Part shown: positions 13,799-27,100 of the stretch, piece after piece
Position numbering within the stretch: the stretch's first letter is position 1
How the letters are laid out: each line of letters opens with the position of its first letter
From: Dimorphilus gyrociliatus
Taxonomy: Eukaryota; Animalia; Annelida
NCBI GenBank assembly: GCA_904063045.1
Contig: CAJFCJ010000019.1
Span: 1,689,700 to 1,753,699, forward strand
Length of the DNA stretch: 64,000 bases
Direction of reading: 5' to 3'
The notes under the pieces: generated by a model
Seen by the model: the letters and a program-made list of their open reading frames with translations, nothing else
The model's database searches: none
Told to the model about the DNA's origin: nothing
Made by a program: the position numbers and the translations under genes

Positions 13799-15173
13799 TT
13801 ATAAGTCAACAGGACTATTACGAGAACTATGATAAATGAGAGAATACAGTTTTCTTAAATCAAACATAGCTAAACCGCATACTGCTGATGTTAGGATACA
13901 GGCGGCAACGGCCAAAGCATACGCCCACCATAACTGAAGATCTGTTTTTGTGCTCGACCAAACTGAGAACGATACGACACCCGTACAAACTAGCAGAGCT
14001 GAGAGTTCGACGAAAGCGGGAAAAAGATGAAGATAATGAAGATAGAATAAAAAAAAAGCAATCAATTAAACGGGTTGCAATTTAGAAATTGACTGTAAAC
14101 AAACCGGATAAGAATGACAGAATGCAGAGTAGTACCTTGCACCTAACATCCCTTTCGAAGCCGGGTACGCAGAGGTAGAATAGTAAAACAAACTCACTGG
14201 CAGCCATTAAAGTTGTTGCGACGGTTAGAGTCAATTCCCCAACTAGTAAAAAGCCTTAAAAAAAATTCAATCATTAATCATTGGCTAATCGAAGCGAAGA
14301 ATAAGCGATGCGGAACAAATGCGTCGTAAACCGATGGTTGTACTTAATGCGTTTTAGTATCTCTCTTAGGATTTTACATGTAATTTACATAAATTCTTCT
14401 AATCGCTTTATTGTACTTTTCAACGATTCCCTTGAGTTGCATGAAGAAAGTGCAAGGTCGGACTGTAATAATAATAAACTCGAAGGCTATGCGATATCTC
14501 TCTTCCGCACCGCCAAAGAAAGGAATGTCCCTTCCATTCCATAAATATTCTAAGAATATTGAATAGGTAAACTTGTATAATTAGTGAATATTGGGTGAAT
14601 AAGCTGTTTCCTTAAAGATAATCGCACCTGTGTCTATCGTTCTTTTTTCTCGTAGAGCAAGAAAATCTTCGATTAGTGTTTATATTACTAATTCGATTAG
14701 TCTCCTCTCAGGCGTATAACATCTGTGGGTAAACCTAATTAGTATTCTAAGTTGTGGTCTCGGAGGGAGACAGATATTTCAAGTCTTAGCTATTCGCGCT
14801 CGTTTCTTGCATCTTATCTTCAAGTCTAGAACTTTTGCACGGAGAGGCAAGCAAGGAATGGGGGCTAACGAAAAACGGAAAAAAACAGAATGCAGATGTT
14901 CTCTCATCTCAATTCGCTATGTCGATTATTTAACAGGCGCGCTATCTGTAACATTTTTTTGGCAAACTTACCGAAGTTGGTATCCTCGAAAATCGAAGTA
15001 CATACAATTCGTTGATTGCCTTGACAAATTCTCCATAGGCCGCCATATCCGGAATGCTTTCGCCACCAATAAGGTGCGCTTAAACTAGTCAACTGAACTA
15101 GAAGAGATACTGGCAAAAGACCAACTAGTGAATACGCATAGACGCTGTGGTTTTCGTCAGCTGACAGGGCCAT
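13799..15173 (-). CDS. Claudin/PMP22/EMP-superfamily four-transmembrane protein (exons 15173-14972, 14254-14105, 13998-13799)
   Basis: TM1 is followed by the signature W...GLWRIC...C. Exon 2 (GFLLVGELTLTVATTLMAASEFVLLFYLC...KVLLCILSFLS) gives TM2 and the start of TM3. Exon 3 (ALLVCTGVVSF...WWAYALAVAACILTSAVCGL) gives TM3 and TM4. All junctions are phase-1 GT-AG. Confidence 0.85.
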
Positions 15174-15574
15174 GTTGCGTAATGATCAATAGAGGTAATC
15201 CCGAACACCAGGTGCCAAAGGCGAGGCTGTCTTAAGTTTCGCTAATTTACAGATAATACGTCTTCCTGCTGTTAAACTTTATAGACTTATCGACTAGACG
15301 TTTAATTATCGGGAATAGAGCAGATCTGATTTAATCAAAATATCGACGTCACATTACAAGTTTTATTTCGTTAACGGTTGCACAGTTAACAGCTAAATGA
15401 TGTAGTAACTCCTTTCGCGATCTTACTTCATCGCCACCTACATTCATTTTTTTTTACGATAAGAGACGCATAGAAAACAAAATTACAACGTTTCTTGCAT
15501 GTATTTGGAACAAAAAAACTGTTGTTCTTGTAATAATATTTTATTTAACGTCGACGGTAAAAAGTATATACAAA

Positions 15575-16687
15575 CTATAAATCTTCATCATCTGAGGCGT
15601 CTGATTCTTGAATGGCTTCCTGTATAATAAAAATTATATTGATAATGTTTATAAATATAATAAAATAATTTATTTTTGACCTTAGCATATTTTTCGGATT
15701 CAGTGAAGACAATGCTTGGGACACGTTGGTGTTTATCATTCGACTCAGCTCCAACCCAAGATAGTTCCAGTTCAAAATTTTTATCTTTTACCTCGTCGTG
15801 TACAATATATATACTAAAAAACAAAACACAACATTCGTAAGTATCAAATTTTTCTTTGAAGAGATTAAAAAGAGAAATTGAAAACAAACATTTTAGCAAC
15901 TTCCTTTATCAATTCCTTCATGGTCATATCTTTTACTTTCAATTTTTCCATTTCAGTTTTTGCGTTTTGCTTGGCTTTTCCGATTGCAGCTCCCCAATAT
16001 CCCTATTAAATTTTTCAATATTTTGTATAATTTTTAGACCGAAAATTATTGTTCTTATTATTAGAGTGATTTCTAAGTGAAATTTTACTAACGTTGTATA
16101 CGCCGGAAGGATCAATACAATATAGCTCTGGACCATCTTGGCCAACACCGCCGAGAAGAACACCACAACCAAAAGGTCGAACTGAGCTGTATAAGGTATA
16201 GGCATGCATATACATGGCCAATCTATCTGCTAGGTAGGGAATAGGAATTGGTACAGAATAGTTTGCTCGGTAGTTTGCTGCTTCATCTCTAGCAGTTTCA
16301 ACCAAGTGTCTAGCATCTGCCAATAGTCCTGCTACAGCAATTCCTACGTGCGAATCAATTGAGAAAATTCTCTGATTTGAAGTTGATTCATAGAGTTTGG
16401 AAACAACAAGTTTTTCAACAGCAAACACAACGCCGTCCTTTGCTTTCAAAGCTACCGCTGTTCCACTATTTTCTACAGCCTTCTGTGCGTACTCCACTTG
16501 AAATACACGACCATCGGGTGAGAATTGAGACGCCGATAAGTCGTACTGTAAAAAGAGGCATATTATCGCTCAGATGACTTTCAGATTGTTCAATAAATGA
16601 TATTTTCGATTGATTTTTACAAAGAGACAATCAGAATCTAATTTTATTTTAACAATAAATACATACACCGGTTCCGATGGAGCTCAT
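15575..16687 (-). CDS. PSMA3: Proteasome 20S subunit alpha type-3 (alpha7)
   Basis: MSSIGTG|[49 protein letters not shown] and the acidic tail [10 protein letters not shown]. Confidence 0.97.
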
Positions 16688-16901
16688 ATTTAAGGAGTTC
16701 AGAAATATTTATCAAAATTTGAGAGTTTTTGTAAAATCGAATCGCGATCTGGGATTCTCAACGATGTTGTCCAAACACGATATGGGCGATAATACGTTGT
16801 ACTTCCGATTTTGTGTTTCCGTCACTTGCAAATAATAATAAGTGCTCTGCAAGAAAAAAAAATCATTGATTTTGACGATTGCAGCTGCGTCAATTTCGGA
16901 A
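16688..16901. promoter_or_regulatory. Probable bidirectional promoter between PSMA3 and DCTN1
   Basis: The divergent start codons are only about 215 nt apart. Confidence 0.6.
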
Positions 16902-19900
16902 ATGGCTGATTCAAAGTTAAAAGTTGGATGCAGAGTACAGATAACAGGGAAGGATGTTGTAGGAACGGTTGCTTTTATCGGTGCAACTCTATTCAGTAGC
17001 GGTAAATGGGTAGGAGTGATTCTTGACGAGGCAAAGGGTAAAAACAATGGGACCGTTCAAGGAAAACAATACTTTTCATGCGAAGAAAACCATGGAATGT
17101 TCATAAGACCTACACAGTTAGTTGTGATTGACGATAGTGGTCAAACAACGCCAACTTCCTCAAAATTGCCTCTACCTGGGAGCACGATTAAAAGAACATC
17201 GATTTCAAAATCGGCTTCCAGAGAAAGATTATCTAAAGGAGCTTCACCCAGTGAAACTCCTAAAAAACCTTCTCCAGAGGCTCCTCGTAAGTTTTATTTT
17301 CCTCTTTGCTCTTAAAAAAGCTGTTTAAGTCTAAAGGCAGCTTTATATTTATTTTTTCTTTTGACACTGGCAATTGATCTAATCAATAACGATCATGCAC
17401 ATTATTTAGCTGCAAAGAGCTTCGTTGAAGATGTAAAGAAAGAATTAGCTGCAAAAGAAAATCAGGACACGATTAGAGCTTTAACTGAGTCTGTGGCTAA
17501 AATATCAGCGCTTGAAACCGAAATTACAACTTTAAAAAAGGATAAAGAGGATGTAGATGAAAAGCTAGAGGTGCTCAAGGCAAAACGTTCGGAAGATAGG
17601 CAAAAACTGAAGGAATTCGATAAAATAAAACTTCGTGTAGAACAACTCGAAGAGTATAAACACTCGGCTCAAGAAAAGAGCGCTCAGCAACAAAGAAGTC
17701 TCTTAGAAGCCAAGAACGAATTGAAGGATGTTCAAGAACAATTCGAAAGGTAATCAGTTTTAATAATTATACATGTATAAAAAAGAGTCCGTTATAAATT
17801 ATTAATAGATATAAGGAGGAAATGCAAGATGCTGCCGAAACGATAGAAATGGCCACTTTAGATAAGGAAATGGCTGAAGAGAAGATAGATAGTTTACAAC
17901 AAGAATTATCAGCCACAAAAGAGAAATACGAAGAAACTGCCCTGGATTTACAAATTTTAAAAGAAGAATTAGAGAATTCATCTGAATCCGCTGGTCAAAC
18001 TTATCAAATGAAGCAATTAGAACAACAGAACGAAAGATTAAAGGCCGCCTTAGTTAAGCTTAGAGATTTAGATATTTATAACAAACAAGAGATTAATAAA
18101 TATCAAAAAACATATGATAAGCAAAATAATGAAATATCACATTTAAGAAAAGAAAAAGAAACTCTACAGGGCGAAATTAAGGTAGTTTTATTTTTTGTAT
18201 ATAAATGAATTAATAGAACAATATTTTCCCCGTAAAGAATTTAAATGAGGCGTCAATTGAAATGTCGGAGCAAATAGACGCAGCTCTTGGCGCTGAAGAA
18301 ATGGTTGAAAAATTGACAAGGAAAAATTTAGAGTTGGAGGAACGGATACAGCAATTAGAACAGGAGCAGGAAGATTTAGAGACTTTACATCAAATGAACG
18401 AAGAGTTGCAGGAAAATTCGAGAGAAACAGAGTTAGAATTACGAGAGGCTAATGATTTACTTCGAGCTAAGTTAACAGAATCGATAAGAAGATTAGAATT
18501 AAATCAAGACTCTATTTCTGATTACGAAAGAACTATAACGAAGTTTAGAGATCTGGTTGCCCAGTTGCAAGAGGAGATACGCTCTCTGAAAGAAAATACA
18601 GAAAATGTTCTAGAAAAGAGAGAAACTCCAACAATTGATTTTCACGCAAAGCAAACTGAAATGAAAAATTTCAGTCAAATTATCGATTTTAATTTACTAA
18701 ACATTCAATGCAAACAATCGGCAAAGAATATCAACTATTTACTTTCATTTCTACCAGATTCATTGAAAAGGAGCGGTTGTGAAATTGATGCTATAAAATT
18801 AGTTCTCTTGGTATCGTCAATGATACAAAAAACAGATTTCCTCCTTAATCAGGTTAATCATTATTTCCACAATTATTTAACTTATATTATTTATATAAAT
18901 TAATGTATTTAAAGATTCGACAAAAATGGAAAATACCAGATGAAATTAATCAAGAAGATGTATTAAAAAATCAGACTAGCGATCAATATAGTTATATATC
19001 TTTTCTTCAATTTCAATTATGCAGCTTAAAATATTTATTGCAAAAATACGAAGATGCCTTAAATTCTTGTTCGGATTCACTACTACTTAAAGTTTGCAGT
19101 TTGCTACCAGAAATAAAACCGCACGAGAAATGTATTGATTTATTACTTGATTTGCTTAAGAAAGATCTTTTAGACGAAACGGTCAATTTAGAAGGACTTC
19201 AAAAAGCTGTTAATTATTTAAAACATTTATACTCGGTTCATTTAGCTGAAGAATTTGTCGATCCAGTCTATTTAGCACAAAATTCTATTGCTGCTTTGGT
19301 AGCTGGTTCAAATAGCTTAAAAATTGATACAACAAGAATGAAATATTGTCTATTGGCCGAAGATTCAAACAGCGAAGTATAATATTTAATATAAATTCAT
19401 AAATGATTATAGAATATAGCATTTTCTTCTTATCCCTTATAGATAAATATTCTTTTAAAGGATACAGAAAATTTTGTTGTTTGTTTAATATCTGAATTGA
19501 AAAAGATAAAAAGAAGAGATGAACCTTTACAATATCAGAAAAATTTATTTATGGAGGTTGAAGATTGTTTAAATAAATTGGCTATAGCTATAAAAAGTCT
19601 TAGGCATTCATCGGTTTCAGTTTTAAGGCAAGCTGATTTATTAAGTGAAAAAATTGGTATGAATTCTGCAAAGATGACTGAATTATTGAACGAAGCTGCT
19701 GAAAAATTTTTTGACGTTCTAACCGTCTCACCATTTGAAGCGATTAGACAAAATTTTGAAGAGATTTTAGAAGTATAATTATTTTTATTTTATATTTTTA
19801 TTTAAAAAAACAATCAATTACAATTTTATTATTTCGAAATAGGTTGTTAAGACTTTCACTAATGCAATTGAAGAAGGAAAACTGGAGGCGGCCGAAAGAG

Positions 19901-20847
19901 TTGTTCAAAAAACTGAAAAACCTATATTGGTTAGATCGCATGCAGTTCGCGTTCAATTGGCTGACACTGAAGGTGTTAAAGCTAAATTAGAAGATAAGGA
20001 TGAAGCGTTAAAAGAAGTAAAACAACAACTTAGAATAAAAATAGAGGAAATCTCTGAAAATAATGTTAGGATAAGTCTTCTGGAGAAGAAGGTTGAAAGC
20101 GCTTCCAGAGAGGCGGATGATCGTGCGGATAAGTTGCAATTAAAGGTTGATGAAATGACAATGAAAATGAGACAAAAAGAAAAAGAGTTTGAGGAGACGG
20201 TAGATGCTTTACAGGCTGATACGGATGCCTTGGAACAGGAAAAAATCGAATTAAAAGATCGTTTAAAGGCGCTTTCACGTAAAACACTTTTGGAGGGTTT
20301 GGCTAGACAGCCGTCAACAGCACAAAGTCAAGCATCAGTAAGAGAGAATCCGCTTTTGGTTGAGAAAGTTAACTCCATAAGCTCTGCTTTGAAAGTAGAG
20401 CAATCAAAGAATTTGCGTCTTACCAGTAAAAATATGATAAATACTTTAAAATCATTACCACAGTTAAATGTTCCTAAAGTTCACCAAACAACTGAAGTGA
20501 AAGAGGTTGAAAGGAAAGTAAAGAGCTTAGTCGCTGAAATTTATCACGAAGCTTGTACACCAAAAATTGGTGCGAAAGATAAATGGAATGAATTGGAGAA
20601 GCAATTAATTAAAACGAAGAGTGAAGTTGAAAGCTTAATAGCCGAAAGGCACTCCGTTGGTCATGTCTCAACTAATACAAAAGCATTTTCAAGTCCAGAT
20701 CTAAATAAAGTTTTAACGGAGAAGATAAACGAGAAAGAAGTCATTGTTGGTGTAATAAAAATACCTAAGAAGGGTTGCAAAGATATCATCAAATTACCAG
20801 TTAATGAGAGAAAGCTGGAACGAATTCATGGCGCTTTAGTTAGATAA
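16902..20847 (+). CDS. DCTN1: Dynactin subunit 1 (p150Glued), multi-exon
   Basis: N-terminal CAP-Gly ([25 protein letters not shown]), Ser/Pro/basic linker, and coiled coils with [13 protein letters not shown] and [17 protein letters not shown]. Confidence 0.96.
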
Positions 20848-21152
20848 TTTTTTGAAAGAATAACTTATTTTTTTCGAATATATGCACACTCTATATGGCA
20901 TATATTATATGACTTTTTGGGGTCTTTTTCTTCATTATGGCAAAATATACATGTTTATTTATTTTCGAATTATTCCATGGTGACGATATGTTCCCTATAA
21001 GCTACTCCCTCCCTTATCTTATACTTTAGTGCTAAAAAATTAGTTATAATTAAAGACAAAAAAGTGATATATTCGACAAGAAAATGTTGCAATTCTCTAT
21101 TAAGAATCTTCGACTAACTATGAACTAACTTTAATGAAGGTGCAATCATTAA

Positions 21153-24100
21153 TTAAACCTGAAAATAGTTCGAAAGAAGCACATTATTTTTCGAATTGTA
21201 TAATGTAGCGTAGGGAAATTTGATCTGAATCCGGGATGATGTACTCATTATCATTATAAGTGAAATATTTCTGGCGGTCAAAGACATTTTCGTGGTCGGC
21301 TTGATTTCCAAGTCGAAGTTTTACCCCTGTAAAAATGTTTGTGACGATTAAAATACGATACAAAAAGCACTGAGAAATAGATCAAATCATACCTGAAGAT
21401 AATCTTATGTCGTGAGCCATGTCGGGTGCTCTTAAGCTTAAGGCAAGCAGTGAATCGCAGTCTTTTGGCAGTTTTTCAGCATATCCCGTGTTGGTTATAG
21501 TAAAATGATTACCAATGGCTGCTTCACAGACAAACATGTAATTATAGGGTGACTTTTCGTTGAAGTTATGACAATATTGGTAACTCTTCTGGAAAGAGTC
21601 TGCCAGATAAACCCCCTAAAAAAAAGCATAGCAAATATTTATCAATTTTATACATATTGATTATTTTTATAAATACCTTGCCAAATCTTGCTCCAGTTGT
21701 ATCACTTGAAGGTGGTGCTACTAAAAGACCTCTGGATAGAATACCAAGTAAATTAATAGTTCGAGTTCCGTGGAACAACAAATAGTGATTTCCAACATCC
21801 TTTCTAACGGACTCTTCTCCAGGACGTAGTATAGCGAACACGTTAGCTATTTTAGCTATTTGAAACATATTATATAACCAAACAATTTTTATGTAAATTA
21901 ATAAAAATTTACTTGATAGTCCTTCACTTTTAGTCATCTTCAGTAAAAATTGTGTAATTCTATCGTTTTCATCTAGAACCTTTATCTTACAATTAATAGA
22001 TTTGTAGACATAATCAATAGGATTAATAGCTGTTTCAAAAAAAAAAATATATATATATATATACTGTATACGTATTCAAATTAGTTCTATTATACTAACT
22101 TTCACTCCTGGATTCTGCTCCTACTAAAACCTTTGTAGATAGTTCAATATCCAAAAGATCGCGTAATCTACCCTCCTCTTTCAAAAGTAAATTCTTTTGT
22201 TCTAGCGGACTAATAGCTTCGCATGAATAGCCAGTTAAGGGGACGAGATGAAAATATTCATTTGATAGGTTAAAAATCTGAAAGGAAAATGAGAAAATAT
22301 TCAATAAACATTTTCAAGTAACAAAAAGGCTTTTATATACGAACTTTAACCATAACTTCCTCCATTTCGTCAACCTTTGGCGTTGATTCCGACTTTAATC
22401 TAGTTAATTTTTCAACTATCGGATATAATTGATTAATTATATCTAGAGCTTTCACTAATGTTTCTTTTTCAATATGTCCAAATGCTAAGAGATTTCTATC
22501 AACTTTATGTGACTGTAAAGATTTCTTTATACAGCTGATGTCCATCTACAATGTGATAAAAGAAAGAGAATTGAATAGATACATCCATTAACATATTTGA
22601 ATAAAATAAAATAGCTTACGCAATCTAATAGGAAAGACTGTAATGGTTTACTTAGTAATGAATCCTTGGTTGATTTTAATTTAAGATTAATATCATTGTT
22701 TTTTCTACCATTCACTTTTCTATCTTGATTTCTAATTAGACGATATTTACCAGGTTTTTTTTCAAATTCATCACTATTCCATATGTTGCTAGTTTTCGAT
22801 TTAAATATACTTTTGAATTCGGCAACTGCCGCTTCTTTTGAATTGAAAGGTGTCATTTGATGTTGACCTACATCACCAATTCTACCCCACCTTGTCAACA
22901 ATATAAATAACTCAGCGGATTGATTATGAACAACTTGCATTTTATAGAAATTATATAAGCCACAGCGAGCTATTTTTAAATCGATTTTTGTTAATAGAAC
23001 ATCGAAATATCTATCTAATTCTTCGTCTTTAACAACATATGAGGTGGCTGATGGTAATTTCAATACTGAATCGAGTTTAGGTTTAGTATCTTCTTCCTCG
23101 ATATCTCCACCAATGACCTTATCTTTAAGAGACTCAAAATCTGCATCAACATCAATATCAGGTAATTTCTCATTAATATTTTCATAAGTTTCCAATCTAC
23201 ATTCAGTAAAAGTAATTTCTCTTGTATCATTTTTCACCAATTTTAAAACTTTGAATGCTTTATATAAGCTTTCAGCTTTCGCTCTGATAATTATATCGAA
23301 TGGCGTTTGGCCAGCAGAATTCTTTACATCAAATTTTACACCTGCCGTCTTTAAAGTCATCAACATTTGTACGCTATCGTAAGTTGGATGATTATCCCAA
23401 GGTTTAGCAAGGAAATGAGCGACGCTATTGCCATCTTTGTCCACCTGATTGACGTTTACCCTGAGTTTCTGGTAAGTATCAGTCACGTAAGCGGTAAAAA
23501 TGTCTGCATAAATAAAAATGTTTAGTTGTTTACTTAATTAAACTATTTGAAAACCCAAATTTACCGGTTTTAGAATATTTCGGCCACGGGATTACAAAAT
23601 TTTCTTGTGTTCCTAATTCAGCGTATGGATCAACTTCGATATCTGACTCTTCTTCTTTCTCATCTTCATCTTCATCTTCATCTGAATGAACAATGGGCGC
23701 TATCTTATCGAGTTTTCGTTTTTTACGACCCAGCTGAAAGGTTCTTGAATGTTTCTTCTTCAATTCAATCTTTTCAGATTTCGCCGTTGTCAACTTGTTT
23801 ATATTCACACGTACAGGTCCGTAAAGGGTCAACTGTGGTTGGTGAATATTATAACTGGTTCGGAAAAGAAAATTGACCATTCCAAAGTTATTATAATTGA
23901 CGGCATGCATAAGTGGAGTTCTTCCTTTTGAATCGCTAACGTTTAGATCAACTTTAGCTTCTGTAATGAGAAATGTTACTAAATCAGCATTGTTAGTTAG
24001 GATGCCGAAAATCAATGGAGTTATAACAAAAGGATACTCCTTAAAAATCTTGTATCTGCTTCTCTGACTACTCATACCATTTTCATCATAGCCATATAAT

Positions 24101-27100
24101 CTAGGAATGTCAGGATAGGAAAAAGTAGTATTGAAATCGGCTTTATGTTTAATAAGATTTCTCAAAGCTGATACTGGACAACTATTAGTTTGACTCGAAG
24201 AAAATATAATTGTGCTGACGAGAGTCCTATTAAATTTATCCTTTTGATTGACGAGCCTTTGTAATTTGTATTTAGTTATTAGATGATCCAAAAGTTTGTT
24301 ATTCCTATTTATTGCGCAATAGTGAAGACAGGTACAGCCGTTATTATCTTTAGCATCGACGACAATTCCCTTTTTTATAAAAGCATCAGCAACTCTTATA
24401 TATAAGTCTTCTTCATAGTCTACAGCCTCTTGCGCTAAATAGTGTAATAGAGTTTTGTTGTCAGCCGATTTGTCCAAGATATTTACTTCTTTCTTTTTGT
24501 GTAATATAGTTAATATAAATCTAAATGATGAAGCTTTACAAGCGTCAACTAGTGCATTGAAATAAGTTATTTTAAATTTCGAGAATAAATCCATCATTAA
24601 GTATGCAACGCCTGACAAATGCTTTTGAAGAATCGTTTGAAATATTGAAACTGTGCATTTGGTATCTTCTTCAACATCGGGTTGTTTTAATGGCTTCCAA
24701 ATAAGATACTGCTTTTTGTCCTTCTTCTCTTCCTTTTCCAAATCCATCTTATCTTCTATGCAATTATATTCTCTACCAATATAATTAAACGGAATAGTAA
24801 TATCGGCGTTCTTTTGAAGTAGCGTAATTAGACAACTCTCGTGATCGAATGTTGCTGCATAGCCTAATGGTGAATTTCCAAAGTTATCCATTTTATTAAT
24901 GTCACATGACCTTTCAATAAGATGCATACAAGACACTGTAGCGCCTCGTATTGCTGCCCTATGAAGTGGAGTTTGCCCATTTTTATCACAAACATCAATT
25001 TTCTTGTTTCCCATTGAAGAAGTTAAAAGTGATAATAATTCAATAGGATCAACTGTTTCAGATTGTTCACTGTCATTTATATTTATGAAAGCATAATGCA
25101 ATGGTAGACGATCTTTTGAATCCTTTGCAAAAATGTCAGCTCCGCTGTCTATCAATATTTCCTCTATTTCTGTTGAGATATCAACCAAACCACTATTAGC
25201 TAAACAAGCAATATGTAGAGGGGTTTGGCCCAGTTTATTTGGTTTAGCAACCGATGCGCCGAAATTAAGCAAAGCTTTTGTCATTTCAATTTTAGGTTCA
25301 GCATCCAAAGGCGCTTTTGTCGCTAAATGTAAAGGAGTTTCATTCAATTTTCCGGTAGAAATGTTAGGATCAGCTCCATTGTGTAAAAGTTCTTTAACAA
25401 CCTCTATTTGGCCAGTTTCGACAGCTTTTGATAGTACTGTCCTTTTATCATCCTGTTTATGTTGGGATACATCGTTAACATCGGCTCCAGCATCAATTAA
25501 CATTATCGCTTGTTTCTCCCATTCATTATGAATTGTCCAATATAACACTGATCTACCTTCATGATGACGTTTGTTAACATTCGATTTATGATCCAAAAGC
25601 ATTTGCAATGCTGGAAAATGTGTACTTTCATTGTTAACTTTATCTACCAATTCTGACCGACAATTAAGAAGGAAATCCAGTGCACAATAACTTTCTAAAT
25701 TTAAAATCAAAAGAAAATTTAGTTAATTCTTTAACAAGAATGGCAAATATATTTATACCATAAGTTGTTGAATCATTATGAGAGTGGCGGTTAAACGCAG
25801 TGAATCTTGCTCGACGATTGCCACCAAAGGCACTTTCTTCATTATCTTTTTCGCTTATTTTTATCACTTGAGCATTTACGTCACTTTTACAAATTTTAAT
25901 TAAATCATTTATAAATCTTCTAGCATCTCGTAAAATACTCTGTTTTTCCCGATCAGCGCTCTAAATTGGAAGTGTAATACTATTAGATTTTTCAGCTGAT
26001 AAGGAATATTTATATACTAACAGTTAATACTTTGTCTTCCTTATGAGGTACAGGTGTTGTTTTAAGTTTTTTAGCTGTTTTAGCTTTCTTCTTAGGTTGA
26101 GGTGCGTCCTCGCTGTCAGTGTAATCCTCATCATCATCAGCATCATCATCGCAACTATCTTCATCCCCATCCTCATCATCTTCATCTCCGCCACAGCCGA
26201 ATGATGATTTATCTTCTATAATTCCCTAAAAATATATATATTAGTATAATGATATAAGTCACTAAAAATTATATACTGCAATATACTTACATTCCACGTA
26301 GAATAAGTTTTACACGCCAATAGCAATGGAGTTTCACCCGCCTTATTAACTGATAAAGCCATTTTCTTCAATGGACTATTTTCACCCTGATTTTCTTTCT
26401 TTTGAGCCAAGATAGTTATAAATTCAGACATTTTCCTCTTTATACACAGTTCAGCCATTAAATGTAACGCAGTTTGACCATCTTGATTAGGTGTACTTGA
26501 AATTGAACCACTTTTCTCCAATAGTAAACGTGCTAAATCTCTATTACCATTCTCAATAGCTAAAGTTAAAGGTGTCTTTTTATCAGAATTTTCACCACTT
26601 GTATCAGCTCCATTATCTATTAATAATCTAGCAATTTTAACGCTTGCTTCTAAAGCCTCATCAGCTGCTTTTGTATTATAACGACCAAAAGATGCTATAC
26701 TATTTTGGGCCAAATAGTGTAATGGAGAATTCTTCATATTATCCAGAATTGTAACGTCCGCTTTTTTCTCTTCAACAAGATAAACCATTTGGTCGTATAA
26801 ATCTTCACTTAAACTTGAACTTGACGCTATTGATACTAGAGTCATTCCTTTATCGTTTTTAATGTTTATATCAACCCCAACATCATCAATAAGGTAGTTT
26901 GCCAAAGAAATATGACCTTTTAGGAAAGCAACAGCTAAAGGCGTTAGTTTCCAATCGTTATTTACGTCTGGTTTTGCTCCAGCTTCCAATAGCATTTTGG
27001 CAATAAAATACCATCCGTAAGCTGCTGCATAATGCAAACAAGAATTACCGCTGGAATCAGCAGAATTTGGATTTGCTCCATTTCTCAGTAACAGAGAAAC

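Noticed and set aside
14353-14549. Open frame with an acceptor inside tetraspan intron 1 (EYLWNGRDIPFF...)
   Set aside because: No donor in the phase needed to rejoin exon 2, and no family resemblance.
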